From contig ML996689.1 in NCBI GenBank assembly GCA_010356995.1, forward strand, positions 231,873 through 295,872: DNA of 64,000 nucleotides, written 5' to 3'. The notes under the pieces were generated by a model. It had not been told where the DNA came from. It saw only the letters and a list, made by a program, of their open reading frames with translations, and made no database searches. Positions 46,814 to 58,363 of this stretch are shown piece after piece. The first letter of the stretch is position 1. The number at the start of each line of letters is the position of its first letter. This DNA is from Trichodelitschia bisporula (Eukaryota). Position numbers and translations under genes: made by a program.

Positions 46814-48521
46814 ATGAAAAGCGGCGAGGCTCAGCAGCGCCTGCTGACTGTGCTGAAGGAGCGAAACATCAATATTGGCCCAGACGACGTCGCTTGGGCA
46901 TTTGAATCACCGCGAACAAGAGACGAAGTCACCGTTTGGATTGAGGAATATCTTGACAGTTTGACGCTACTTACTGAAGACGAATACGAACTGTAGGTCC
47001 ATTTCCTTGACTTCTGACGCAATTATATCCTACTGGCCCATTCTGTCTGTTTATTGTGATCGATTCTTACACGTGATAGCTACAATGCCATCGGCTACTC
47101 TAGGGCGCAAGCCGAATTGGCCGCGGCGACCAGTGGAACGCGGGCACTGTCCGACAGCGACTTGAAGGCTGCCATTGAATCGTTGACCAAGTCCACGAAC
47201 GCCATCGAGAAGCATGCCAAAGCCCTCGAGGTACAGAAGGAAGCCCTGCTGGCTCTCAAGGCTCAAGAGCTTGATGCCAGCGCCTATTCTCCCACTCGAC
47301 AATCACAAGAGCTGGAGAACAACCGTCTTGAGTTTGCTGTAGGTTTTCCATGATTCTGAGATGGAGATCTGACACCTGTAGCTTGAGGATATGCGGTCGT
47401 CGACTGAAGAACTGCTCGTAGAAGCAGAGAAGCAGACGCAACGCTCCATCGCACAACTCAGCTCCGTCTCCAATGAACGCATGAGTGCAGACAACCAGGT
47501 GCTTGATGCAATATCCAAGCTGGCTCCAAAGGCGCTTGCGGCGGACAGTGATCAACTTACACCGGAAACGGTCGAGAAAATGTGCCAGGCTCTGGTAGAG
47601 CTCCGTGAACAGGAGGCAAAAGCCCGCATGGACGCTACTCTCCAGGTACTACTGTCTGAGTACGCCAGCAAAACTGCCGAGGATGCGGACAAGGACGAAG
47701 GCGCCGCCGAGAGAGACGAGTTGCAGACTGAATTCAACACACTCCGGGAAGAAATTGGCTCCGTGGTGCGTATGGTCGTGGGCCACGAACTACGAGAGCC
47801 ACTCATCGACATCATTCGCCGCTCGGCGGATCAAGCTGCCGCCTCAAGGCGAAACTGGTTTGACTATGTGAGTAATCCTTCGAGGCGTCTTCGTATCTAA
47901 TCAGCCTAGATTACGTCAACGTTTGAGCACATGGTGGGTCAACTTGAAAGCACCAACGCTCAAGCTACCGAATTGCTTGAATATGACAGCGCTCTCCGCG
48001 AGATTCGAACTGCTTTCAAGACCACCGCAACCGAGATACCACTAGTTCCCGGTAAGCCCGGAGCAGATTCAGCACCCAACACGCCTCTGCGCGGACTTAG
48101 CTTGAAGCCTAAGGCACGGGATGAAAAGCTGGCGGGTGGCACTGTTCATCAAGTTCTCCGCCGCTTCGACGTCGGCAGCGGTGCAGGTTACGATGTGGAA
48201 GAGGCCAAAGCGGAGCTGGCAAAGGTTGCCACGGAGGCTATCTCGAAACTCCAGGCCCAATATGCATCGGCCGAGGCCGTAACTCTTGAGGCCATTTCAA
48301 ACTCGCTTGAAGAGAACAAGCGTCATTTGGATGCTATCTTGGCCCGGATATACTCCAACTCCAAGTACGGCACGATACGGTTGACCGATCAGGGCCTGGA
48401 ATCCGAGCTCCAAGAACTGGATCAGAGTGTTGCACAGCTTGCAGAGGCACTGGAAAAGGCCCCAATCGAAAAGCAAGCAGCCCAGATACAGGTCGGAAAG
48501 CTCAAGGCAAAGTGGGGGTAG
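46814..48521 (+). CDS. Multi-exon coiled-coil protein (possibly augmin HAUS3-like); introns ~46993-47079, ~47340-47380, ~47868-47909
   Basis: Four consecutive coding-like ORF pieces separated by GT..CTRAY..AG introns, with heptad-rich composition. The family assignment is only a guess. Confidence 0.7.
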
Positions 48522-48981
48522 ACGTGTACATTGGCCTAGCGAGAAGTACCTCATAATCATCCACGCTTTGGCATGCTCCTTGAAGTACACCATCTTGTTT
48601 GTAAGTAGTTTAAAAGCTAGGCCGAACAGGACCGGTTAGCGACTCGAAATGAAGCTCGTTCAGGGGTACGTGCTGCTTCCCCTGGAATACCGTGGAGTGC
48701 TACTGCCAACGTGAGCCGAGCGCACACTGAATCCGGATGCCTGCTGCATTGCTTCTGGTGTTTTTGAGAAGGAAGCAGCCAGAGTTCCTGCCGCTCCGGT
48801 AGAAATGCCAGTGTCAGCAGATTCATTGGCACTTCACTTGTCGTGCAAGTAGCTTGGAAGTCATTCCCCCAAATCCCACCATCCATTCCATCACCATCTT
48901 CATCGTACTGCTCCGGCGTATTATTCGTTTTCGCCTCTTTTGATTTCTGGCAGGCAGCATTTTATAGTTCGATATGGGTAA

Positions 48982-51900
48982 GTGTATTGTTTTTGCATCC
49001 ACGTCTTCCATTCCAAGTCTGATTCTAGAGGCTTGGTACCCGCACTGACAGATGTAGCCAAATCGGCGGAGGTCTGCTTTCCCCTAGCAACGTTTCCGTC
49101 ATTTTTCTCGAGCTACAGCTCATGCTCTTCGACTCCGTTGCCAACTACGGGCTACACCCAGTGTCACCCATTTCCAACTTTCACCGTCGTTGTTCCGGCC
49201 GATCGCACTGCCACTCCGTCATATATTGTCATTGAGTCTACAGGGGCCGTGGATGGAATCTCGGTCAAACATGTTGACTATACGAGAACTTCCGATGACC
49301 AATTTTCCCGCGAGGATTCGATGGAACCTGCGAACATGGCTTGGGGGGAGTGCCCTGTTGGTACACCCACTGTACGCAGTTACCCACCTCCAAATTTCAC
49401 CATCGTTGTTCCGGCCGATCGCACTTCCAGTCCGCCATATGTTGTCGTTGAGTCTACAGGGGCCGTGGATGGAGTCCCGATCGAACATGTTGACTGTATG
49501 AGAACTTCCGATGGCCAACTTTCCTGCGACAATTCGATGCAACCTGCGGACATGGCTTGGGGGGAGTGCCCTGCCGGTACGCCTACTGTACGCAGTCACC
49601 CTGACAAGGGTGTACCAACATGGGTATCAAAACTCGGCTCTGTCCGTGTGATGAAGTCAGCCTGGCGACGATATATCAAGCAGGAGTATACTTTGGCCGA
49701 TGTCTCAAACCTCCCCTCTTCCGCTGTTCCAAGCCACCGCCTCAGGCGCGACGACTACCAGTTCTCCAGGTCGACTGTGGGAGTTTATATATCGCTTTAT
49801 CTTGTAGCACTGGGTGTGACATCTGTGTTTCCCTCCAAAAGATTCACGGTATGGAGGCATATCCTGGGCTTCTGGGCACCGTTCAACATCTTCTACGCCC
49901 TTGGTCGGGTTGAACCGGATTGCCTGGAGAGCTACATATACAACTCCAAAGTCGGAATTTGGGAGGTTGTGGAGTTTTTGGCACAAACTGACTTCGCCTG
50001 GCACGCTGGGACAGTCCAGTTTCTAGGGCTTCGGTTTCCACGGCGCCGTGTTCCCATACTGGAAGATCTCTTAGATCACCCCGAACATATTCCCACCGTG
50101 CTTTGCATCCTCCGGACCGTTTGGCCTATTTGGTATGAGTGGTCCATCTCTCCCGAGCTCCATGAGCTGCAGTCGAACGATGATGTTGCATGGTTCTGGG
50201 CCGTGTTACGTCTAGGCCTAGTCATCTTGGTTGCCAACTGGGCTCGCGTGAAGCACTTCCGAAAGTGCTACGACTGGGAACTACTGCTTGTCATCACCGC
50301 GGCATCTCGGGAGCAGGTATTTCTTACATTCCAGTCTACACCGTTTTGGCAGAGTGTGTTTGCGGTGATGAAAGGATTCGATGTGAAGGATTGGATCGCT
50401 GTCCTCGTATCTATGATCATTTTGTCCCTGGTCGAGTTTGTCGGAGTCCTTCACTCGCTGAGGCTTGCTGCCATCGTCCTCTTGTTCACCATCGCTTGCA
50501 TCGCGTCCCCAAGTCCTCCACCTGTTCCTACATGGCTAAAAGTCGCCGTCCAGTTTTACGACTACGTGGCTTACCTGGTGTTTGCGGTACTTATCTACGA
50601 GCAGTCCATCCGGTATCTCGAGGAAAGGTACATCATTCGTTGGCACAGGCTTTTTTGGCGACTTCAGCCTCGGCCGAGACATGAGCCGCTTAACCGACTC
50701 ACCGGGCGCTTCTCCCTGATCCGAGCGGGTGTGTACGCGAGTGCGTACGCAGCGCACCGCATTGGACGGCCCGGAGTGCATATCCATTCTCGTTTTCGGA
50801 GAGCATGTCTTTTGCGTTACACTCTGGGTGCCGTCCTCGCGCTTGGTCGGGATGTGTTCCTTGTCGCGTACATGATCCTCCTGGTCTTTGCCCTCCTTGC
50901 GTTTAAGTCTACCCGCCTTGCGTACAGGCTTACCCGCCTTTTGTACAGGTTCCTATGGGTTCTTACCCTCATTTACTACGCAGCATACATCTACCTACTG
51001 CTGGAGGGATCTGTGGGAGCCATACCGCATATCTCGAATTTGTTTCTGGAGACCAGGTTCTCAGAGATCGACTTTCCAGAGGTCAAATTTCCAGAGGTCA
51101 GGATTCCAGAGATCAGGATTCCGGAGATCGGGATCAGGTTTCCAGGGGCCCACGGCGCAGAACTGCCCTCGCCCGTGCCATCTTCGAGCCCGAATCAAAA
51201 AGAGGACATGACGACTGATCTGACGATCCTTCTGCGAGAGGAGCCGCCGGCCCGTCAGCCTGAGCACGCGACTCCCGGACGACCTACACCTACGACAATC
51301 GAGAATGCAGCCATCCCAGCCCGTAGACGTCCGCCCATTACGCCGCAGCCCCGGCCGGCGTACCGCGATGTCCCCGTTCTGTACGATGTGCGTCAGCTCT
51401 GGCAGCATCGCCAAAAGTTTTCCCCTGTTCTGGACGATCTGGACTATCAAGTCACCCCGATCAAGACGCAGACCACGCAGCCCCAGCCCGCGTACCGCGA
51501 TGCCCCCGTTCTGAACGATTTGCGTCAGCGCTGGCAGCATCGCCAAAGGTTTTCCCATATCGTGGCCGATCTTGATTATCACATCACGCCGACCACAACG
51601 CAGACCACGCGCACCCGGCCCGACTACCGTGTTGGCCGCGAGCGGGACAACTGGCGTCACTTCTACCCGTATAACCGAAAAGTTGCTCCTATCATTGAAG
51701 AACTCGACTATCACTTCGCGCCGACCACGACGCAGACGACGCAGACCCGGTCCCCGTACCGCATTGCTCCCGTTCGATATCAGGGGCATATCCCTTTCCA
51801 CTACCCGTATACACGGAAATTTATCCCTGTTGTGGAAAATCTGGACAATCACATCACGCAGGCCACGGAGGCCACAGAGAGCACGGAAACCGCAGAGGTC

Positions 51901-52347
51901 ACAGAAACCACGGAGACCACGGAGACCACGGAGACCACGGAGACCACAGAGACCACAGAGACCACGCTGAGCACGCTGAGCACTCTGAGCACACCGAGCA
52001 CGCCGACTCCCCCCTACCCGCTCCCAGGCCTCGAACCTTGGCCAATTTCTCAGTCAACATCAACACATTACATAACAGTGACCCGAACCCGAAAAGCGTC
52101 ATCAGAAGCGTCCATCACCCAAACGATGCCATCTATCACCGCCGCAGCCTTCAACATCCCAGGTTGGATCGAAGCCGGCGTGTCCTTCAATACGGAAACA
52201 ACCACCTACCTCGACATGAACCACTACCGGCGCCTACCTGTGGTTATCCTGGATCCAGCCACAAAGGCAGACAGCGAGGGCGTGGAGGGGAAGTCAGCGC
52301 AGAGTGATGAAAAATATGAGACATTGATCAGTGGTCGGGAATTATAA
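48982..52347 (+). CDS. Large orphan multi-TM protein with several internal repeat families (true start uncertain; first in-frame ATG 49321)
   Basis: Uninterrupted 3.3-kb frame with several hydrophobic segments in the middle; all repeats preserve the frame. Confidence 0.65.
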   Translation: MYCFCIHVFHSKSDSRGLVPALTDVAKSAEVCFPLATFPSFFSSYSSCSSTPLPTTGYTQCHPFPTFTVVVPADRTATPSYIVIESTGAVDGISVKHVDYTRTSDDQFSREDSMEPANMAWGECPVGTPTVRSYPPPNFTIVVPADRTSSPPYVVVESTGAVDGVPIEHVDCMRTSDGQLSCDNSMQPADMAWGECPAGTPTVRSHPDKGVPTWVSKLGSVRVMKSAWRRYIKQEYTLADVSNLPSSAVPSHRLRRDDYQFSRSTVGVYISLYLVALGVTSVFPSKRFTVWRHILGFWAPFNIFYALGRVEPDCLESYIYNSKVGIWEVVEFLAQTDFAWHAGTVQFLGLRFPRRRVPILEDLLDHPEHIPTVLCILRTVWPIWYEWSISPELHELQSNDDVAWFWAVLRLGLVILVANWARVKHFRKCYDWELLLVITAASREQVFLTFQSTPFWQSVFAVMKGFDVKDWIAVLVSMIILSLVEFVGVLHSLRLAAIVLLFTIACIASPSPPPVPTWLKVAVQFYDYVAYLVFAVLIYEQSIRYLEERYIIRWHRLFWRLQPRPRHEPLNRLTGRFSLIRAGVYASAYAAHRIGRPGVHIHSRFRRACLLRYTLGAVLALGRDVFLVAYMILLVFALLAFKSTRLAYRLTRLLYRFLWVLTLIYYAAYIYLLLEGSVGAIPHISNLFLETRFSEIDFPEVKFPEVRIPEIRIPEIGIRFPGAHGAELPSPVPSSSPNQKEDMTTDLTILLREEPPARQPEHATPGRPTPTTIENAAIPARRRPPITPQPRPAYRDVPVLYDVRQLWQHRQKFSPVLDDLDYQVTPIKTQTTQPQPAYRDAPVLNDLRQRWQHRQRFSHIVADLDYHITPTTTQTTRTRPDYRVGRERDNWRHFYPYNRKVAPIIEELDYHFAPTTTQTTQTRSPYRIAPVRYQGHIPFHYPYTRKFIPVVENLDNHITQATEATESTETAEVTETTETTETTETTETTETTETTLSTLSTLSTPSTPTPPYPLPGLEPWPISQSTSTHYITVTRTRKASSEASITQTMPSITAAAFNIPGWIEAGVSFNTETTTYLDMNHYRRLPVVILDPATKADSEGVEGKSAQSDEKYETLISGREL
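49160..49601 (+). repeat. 216-bp (72-aa) tandem duplication
   Basis: gttccggccgatcgcact at 49192 and 49408; FTVVVPADRT...WGECP.GTPTVRS x2. Confidence 0.93.
51340..51870 (+). repeat. Four diverged 132-bp (44-aa) tandem units
   Basis: RPAYR/QPAYR/RPDYR/RSPYR begin at 51352, 51484, 51616 and 51748; each unit ends ..LDY(H/Q)xT/AP. Confidence 0.9.
51862..52005 (+). repeat. 9-bp minisatellite (ACCACGGAG / AGCACGCTG) encoding TET and STL/STP runs
   Basis: Read directly from the sequence. Confidence 0.9.
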
Positions 52348-52697
52348 GGGATGGCGCGAGGGATGCCTCTGTTTGCTTTATCCACGCGTGGAATCTTTGT
52401 CCGTACTGTATTGTGGTGTGGTGTGGATTGGCCTAGAGGAATACTTGTCCTCGCTTTGCGCCACTGTAGGCGACGAGTCCGTTCGCTTCCTCTCTCACTA
52501 GGCATACATCTTTCGATTCGTTGAATATCGCCTGATGTTGAAGTGGATCTTTTGCCATCACAACCACAACCTAACCACGATCAGGACCTCAGCTACACTT
52601 ACACCATGCACCAACTGTAAATAACCGCTCTTCTTCAAATCTCAAAATGTCAGAATGTGGAATGATTCCAATCGGTCATCTTGCGCGGCCACTACCT

Positions 52698-53626
52698 TCA
52701 AGCCGTCTCCCGTCGCCTGGCCATCAACAGCGCACTCCCCCATTCAATCTCTAATTCTAAATCCTCCGTCCACCCCTCCACCTTCTTAATTTCATCATAC
52801 AACTCATCCACAATATCCCCCTCCCCCCCCTCCCTCCTCTTCTTCCTCCCCGGATGCGCCTTCTCCCACTCATGAAACGCACTAAACGTCCGCAGATACT
52901 CCATGCTCCCACCCACCGTCATCTTCCCCGTCACAAACGCCGTCCCAACTCCAGTCCCCTTCCCCTTCGTCCCAGGCTCATACTCCACCCTCTGCACATC
53001 CACCCACTCCCACTCCGGCGGCACAACAGCCCTCAGTTTCCCACGGACAATAAAGCGCCCAGGCTCCCAATAAGACCCCATCTGCCCCTTACCCTCGCCG
53101 TAGCAAAACTCATCCACCATCCTCGTTGCCCTCGGATAATTAACAAACACATGATCCTTATACCCCCAAAACGCCAGCGTGCCCCCCGGCCTTACCACCC
53201 GCGCCAGCTCCGGCCAGGCGCGGGCGTAGTCAAACCAGTGCGCCGCCTGCCCGGCGGTCACGAGATCGACATCGCGGTCCGGGATCGAGGACATGTCTTC
53301 GGCGGTGCCGACTCGGAAGCTGACGTGTGGGAATTGAGCGGTGGGGGTTAGTTTCTGTGCTTGTCCGATCATAACGCTTGAGGGGTCGGTGCCGAGGGAG
53401 CGGGTGAAGTGCGCGGCGAGCATTCGGGGGATTAGGCCCGGCCCCGTGCCGAGGTCGAGGTGTTGCGTGCGTGGTCCCTGGTGGTAGGCTAGAACGGTGG
53501 AGTAGAGTGCGGGTGGGTAGGTGGGCCGGTGGACGGCGTAGGAGAGGGCGGAGAAGGACTTGTTGCTGGTTTGGTTAGAGATGGAGAGGTAGGTTGGAGA
53601 GAGGGGGCGTACGCGAAGGTCGTCAT
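52698..53626 (-). CDS. Class I SAM-dependent methyltransferase (trans-aconitate methyltransferase Tmt1-like); intron 53566-53612
   Basis: MTTFA|NKSFSALSYAVHRPTYP, LDLGTGPG, GTDPS..MI, VDLVTAGQAAHWFD, RPGGTLAFWGY. Confidence 0.9.
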
Positions 53627-54102
53627 TGTGCTCGCTGATATCTCCGGTTAAGCTATGATCAACTATGCTATGCTAGAATGCTGGAATTGGAATTTGAGCA
53701 ACAGAAAAAAAGAGAATATATCTGGCAGGTTTATACATGACGTAGCGAGCTGACCGCGCCGCGGGACTAGCGACACCGGGACGGCTGTCAGAATACGGCA
53801 AGGCGCAAGCCGCGGCCGATCGGCTTCGTGAAAGCGGGATTTATCCTCACATCCAAATATTCTACAACCCCTACCTGGCATAACCGATAAAGTGACTTAC
53901 GACAAGTATTGGCAAGCATGCCCTGCCATCCGCCCTTGCGCTGAGCACCCCACATCCGCCAAGGGTCTTGCGTGCTTGCCCTGCGGGACATGGCTCTTGT
54001 CGTCCTAAATCCAACCTCACGTCCCTCGCGCCCCGCCATATATCCCAACATCTTTCGTCCCACCGCAGTACCCAATCCCAATCACCCTATCAAAGAGCAC
54101 AA

Positions 54103-54629
54103 ATGGCCATCTCCACGCCGCACTCAATCGCCTCGCTCAAGTACATCAATCGCGACGAGCTCTCCTCCCAACTCCTCGCCTCGCCTAACGACCCGGACAT
54201 CGCGATTGTCGATGTGCGCGGCGATGATTATCTCGGCGGGCACATTCGTGGGGGAATCAACGTGCCGTCGGAGAATCTGGACTGGCAGGCGCCGGAGCTG
54301 GCGCGCAAGCTGAAGGACAAGAAGGCTGTTGTGTTCCATTGCGCGCTCAGTCAGCAGCGTGGGCCTAGTGCGGCGCTGAAGTATTTGAAGGAGAGGGATC
54401 GGTTGGGGATTGGGAAGACGGAGGGCGAGGAGGGGAAGAAGGAGGGTGAGGAGAAGAAGGAGGGCGAGGAGGAGCAGCAGGTTCTGGTCTTGGAGGGCGG
54501 GTTTGTGAAGTGGCAGGAGAAGTATAGCATTTCCGGGTTTCGAGATATGGGGCTAATGGGAGTAGGTACGGGAAGGATAAGAGGCTGACCGAGGCGTACG
54601 CTGAAGACATCTGGAAGTTCGGGTATTAG
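54103..54629 (+). CDS. Cdc25-like/rhodanese small phosphatase or arsenate reductase (Ych1/Ibp1-like); intron ~54522-54565
   Basis: IVDVRGDDYLGGHIRG, active site HCALSQQRGP (CX5R), VLEGGFVKWQEK|YG.D.RLTE.Y. Confidence 0.9.
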
Positions 54630-54979
54630 GCTCGTATGCTGATATCGCGAACAAGGAAATATCGCCACCATAATGATGCATTCTAGCACCGCAGCGCGCG
54701 GTGGCTAACGGCTACCACAAGGCTTGAGGAGAGCTTCCACATGCCGCAACTTGACTGGCGTTCAGTACACAGTGGCAGTAGTCATACGGCTATTAATGAT
54801 TAGAGAAGACCTACACCACCGTATGGCGCAGTTCTCGGCCCGATCTTGTCTCTCGGTGGACCGGTGGGTTAAAGGAGAAGAGATATAGGAGTGGTGCTTT
54901 CCTGTAGCAGGCGGCTTTTGTCCTTGAACTGTATAATGCTTAATGCCTGAATCGCTTTTGTGCTCCTTAGCTGTCCTTT

Positions 54980-56371
54980 TCATGTCAACGCCTTCGCCAG
55001 ACTAGCAGCAAACTTCTCCTCATCAAGCCCCTTCCCAATAAGAACAATCTTCCCTCCACTACCCTCCCCGCCCGCCCCCTCCCTACTATCCGTAAACTCA
55101 AACATCTCCCGCACACCCTGCAACAGCTTCACCCCACCAGAAGCAAGCTCAATCCGCCCCTTCGTCCGATGCACCTCAATCCCCTCCGCCTCCCCCCCCA
55201 GCAACGTCCCCTCCCACAACAGGGCCTGCAGCCACGAATCCAGCGCCGCGAGCTTCTCCTCCGCTAAAACTGGCACTTCGAGTGCAATCGTCGAAATGGT
55301 GGGGTCGAGATGGCTATGCCCCTTGCGCGCGAAATCTAGCTCTTCGACCGGGACTGCGTTGTAAGCATGTAGATCGAGGAGCACGCCCTCAAGGCGCGGC
55401 ACCGCGCTATATGCCGTCTCGTGGATGCGTGCGAGGGCGTTGATTGCGCGGATGCGTGCCCGCACAGCGTCGAGCTCATCGGCTGAGACGATGTCCGTCT
55501 TATTGAGCACAATGACGTCAGCGTGCGAGATTTGCAAGTGCGCAGTCGTGAGATGCGGGCCCTGCCCATGATCCTCGGGAGTCTCCTCCGGCGTCGGCGC
55601 ATCGAGGCTGCGCAGGATGTTCTTCGCATCCACGAGCGTGACGATGCCGTCGAGGTAGATGGTGCTGCCGAGGCCATCATCGACCCAGAAAATGGGTGCT
55701 ATGTTGCCCGGGTCAGCGAGGCCGGTGGTTTCGAGGAGGATGTAGTCGAAAGCGCCGCGGCGGGCCATGAGGGATTCGATGGCGTTGACGCCTGTGTCTT
55801 TCACGGAGCAGCAGAGGCAGCCGTTGGCGAGGTCGAGCCATTCTTCGACTTTGCCTTCCTCGGTATTGACGGTGAGGGACTTTTCGATGTCCGAGGCTGG
55901 GGATGTCAGATATCATGGTGTTTTAATGGGGGTGACAAAGTCTTACAGTTGCCGAACTCTGGGGTAGGTTAGTGGTAGTTCGGGAAGAGGGAGCTTTTAC
56001 GGACCATTTAGGATCACTGCGATCTTTTTGCCGTGCTGCTCGTTCAGGATGTAGTTTAGCAGTGTGGTCTTGCCGGCTCCCAGGTACCCTGTGATATATT
56101 AGCTACCATGAAGATATCTGAACCTTTGATACACAGCTAGCCATCCACTTCGGGATCATAAAGCGATTTGCATTGCGAACTGGGACATAAAATGTTCAAA
56201 TGAAGAACTAGACCTGACGACTGAGAAGACTCTCTTACCGGTTACAATCGTGATAGGGACCTTAACCTGCGGTTCCCCCGCACTATCTACAAGCTGAGGT
56301 ACATCTTCGTCGTCCTGGGCGGCATCAAGCAGCGGCGGCGCTTCTTCCCGATCCTCTTCAAACTCCATCAT
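54980..56371 (-). CDS. CobW/COG0523 G3E GTPase zinc metallochaperone (ZNG1-like), multi-exon
   Basis: [25 protein letters not shown] (CxCC), [23 protein letters not shown], and an N-terminal 'VPQLV' MetAP-docking-like motif. Confidence 0.92.
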
Positions 56372-56718
56372 GAATGTTTGCTGCCTCCAAAGGACGTCAA
56401 ACAAAGATAAAAATCGCTGAAAAGGGAGAAGTCGTCTAGAAAAGCCCACAAGTCTCGTTTCCTCTGCTATTTACCTAAATCCACAGAATGCAGTCAGAAG
56501 GCGAGAAACGCGCTCTTACGAAGTCGTCCCGCCCGCGATGCCGGGTGACATGGAACAGCCACTGTGGCGTCTGTGGCCGTGCACCAGCCACCAACCCCTT
56601 CCTCACCACCAAACCCGCGGCGTTGCTCGCGGCGCTAAACACAACTCCATCCTCCTCCTCCATCTCCCCCTCTCCCACCACTCCACGACTCCCCCCAGGC
56701 TTCTTCTCAGCCTTCAAA

Positions 56719-58363
56719 ATGGTCGCCTCCCCGCTCAGCTCCCCGCGGCTCCCCAGCCCGCCCCCCATCGCAGAGGTGCAACTCGGCCCCAAATCCCCCA
56801 CCGGCTCGCCCGACGACCTTCCTCCCAGCTTCGACAGCGCATCGCGGCGCATCCGCCCCGGCACCAAAGCAGCAGATATGCCAGAAGGCCCGCCGCTGGT
56901 CGATCTGACCGACGTACGCCCCCCTCCTATCTGAATCACACCCCGCAATCACCTCCCACAACCCAACTAACGGCTACCAGATCAACACCCCCTTCCAACT
57001 AACCGAACACCTCCAAGCCCTCTACGCCTCCCTAACCCACCCCCCCAACTCGCCAACCACTATCCCCATAACCCGCCAAACTGCAACCCGCCTCGCCCAG
57101 CCCCCCGACGGCGTCGACCGCTACCTCTGGCTCTACGAACTCTGCCGCTTCCTCTGCCAAAAAGTAAACGCCATCCTGGTCGCCCTCTTCGCCGACACGC
57201 CCCCGTGCTCAGCAGCGACCTGCAACGAAATGCGCGCCAGCGAGTGGCAATACCTGTGCGCCGTGCACGACCCCCCGAAACCCTGCTGCGCGATTGATTA
57301 CTGCTGCCACACGCTCGACTGGGCGGCGAACGTGCTCACCTCGCCGAAAAACTTCCCCTCGCGGCTGGCGCTGGGCGCGATGGAGGGCGCGGCTGGCGGC
57401 CAGGCGGCGCATAATGCGGGCATACAGCAGCTCAAGCAGTTAACCAATATCTTCCGCCGCGTGTACCGCATTTTTGCGCACGCTTGGTTTCAACACAGGG
57501 ATATGTTCTGGAAAGTCGAAGGCCGCACAGGCCTATACGTGTTCTTCAAAACCGTCTGCGACGTCTACCACCTCATTCCCGAGGATAATTACACCGTCCC
57601 GCCCCAGGCGGAAGGCCTGGACGATGCTCCGGTCCCGGCTCCGGCGCCCGGCCCGACGATACTCACGCGCGACCATGAGAAGCCAGAGCCGAGGGGGAAT
57701 ACGGTGGTTGCGGCGGGGAATACGACGAAGAGACATCATAAGACGCCGAGTGATAATCCGCGGATTACGCCGGTGCCGGAGGAGAAAGAGGAAGAGGATG
57801 AGAAGCCTGGGTCTGAGGCGGCGGAGATCAAGGCGGAGCAGGCGGCTGATGCGGCGGCTGAGGAGGCGGCGAGGGATCCTGAGCCGGTGGCTAAGAGGGT
57901 TGAGACTGTGGTTGAAACGCCGGCGGGCAAGGTCACTGAGCCGGCTGCTGAGGAGGCGAAGGAGGCTGACCCGGCGCCTGTGGCTGAGACGGAAGGTAAG
58001 ACTGAGGTGGGGAAGGAGGAGGCGAAGGAGGAGGATGAGGAATCGTCGGAGGAAGAGGAGGATTCAGATGACGAGGAGGATGACGACGCCACCACAGTCT
58101 CCCCCAGCAAGGCCGGGCCCAAAGACGCGAAGACACCGTCGCCCCCTCCCGCCCCAGCTGCGGAGAAGAAGCCTGAGGCACCTGCTGAATCCAAGGCCAA
58201 GGCCGAGGACGACGATGACGACAGCGACGACGCGGAAGCGGAGCCCGAGGCCGAGGAGAGTGATACGAAGGTGGCGAAGGCTGAGAAGGGTGACGCTAAG
58301 GACAAGGACAAGGAGGCGGGCGCGGGTGCGACGGGCAAGGAAGCCGGCGAGACGAAGGAATAA
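56719..58363 (+). CDS. mob3: Mob1/phocein-family protein (MOB3, STRIPAK subunit) with an acidic low-complexity tail; intron 56914-56980
   Basis: SPRLPSPPP, RRIRPGTKAADM..GPPLV, WLYELCRFL, EMRASEWQYLCAVHDPPK.CCAIDYCCHTLDWAA, FRRVYRIFAHAWFQHR. Confidence 0.92.

Noticed and set aside
52698..56371. Methyltransferase + Cdc25-like reductase + CobW as an arsenic/metal resistance cluster
   Set aside because: The methyltransferase looks Tmt1-like rather than ArsM-like, no Acr3/ArsH is nearby, and all three are common housekeeping-type genes.
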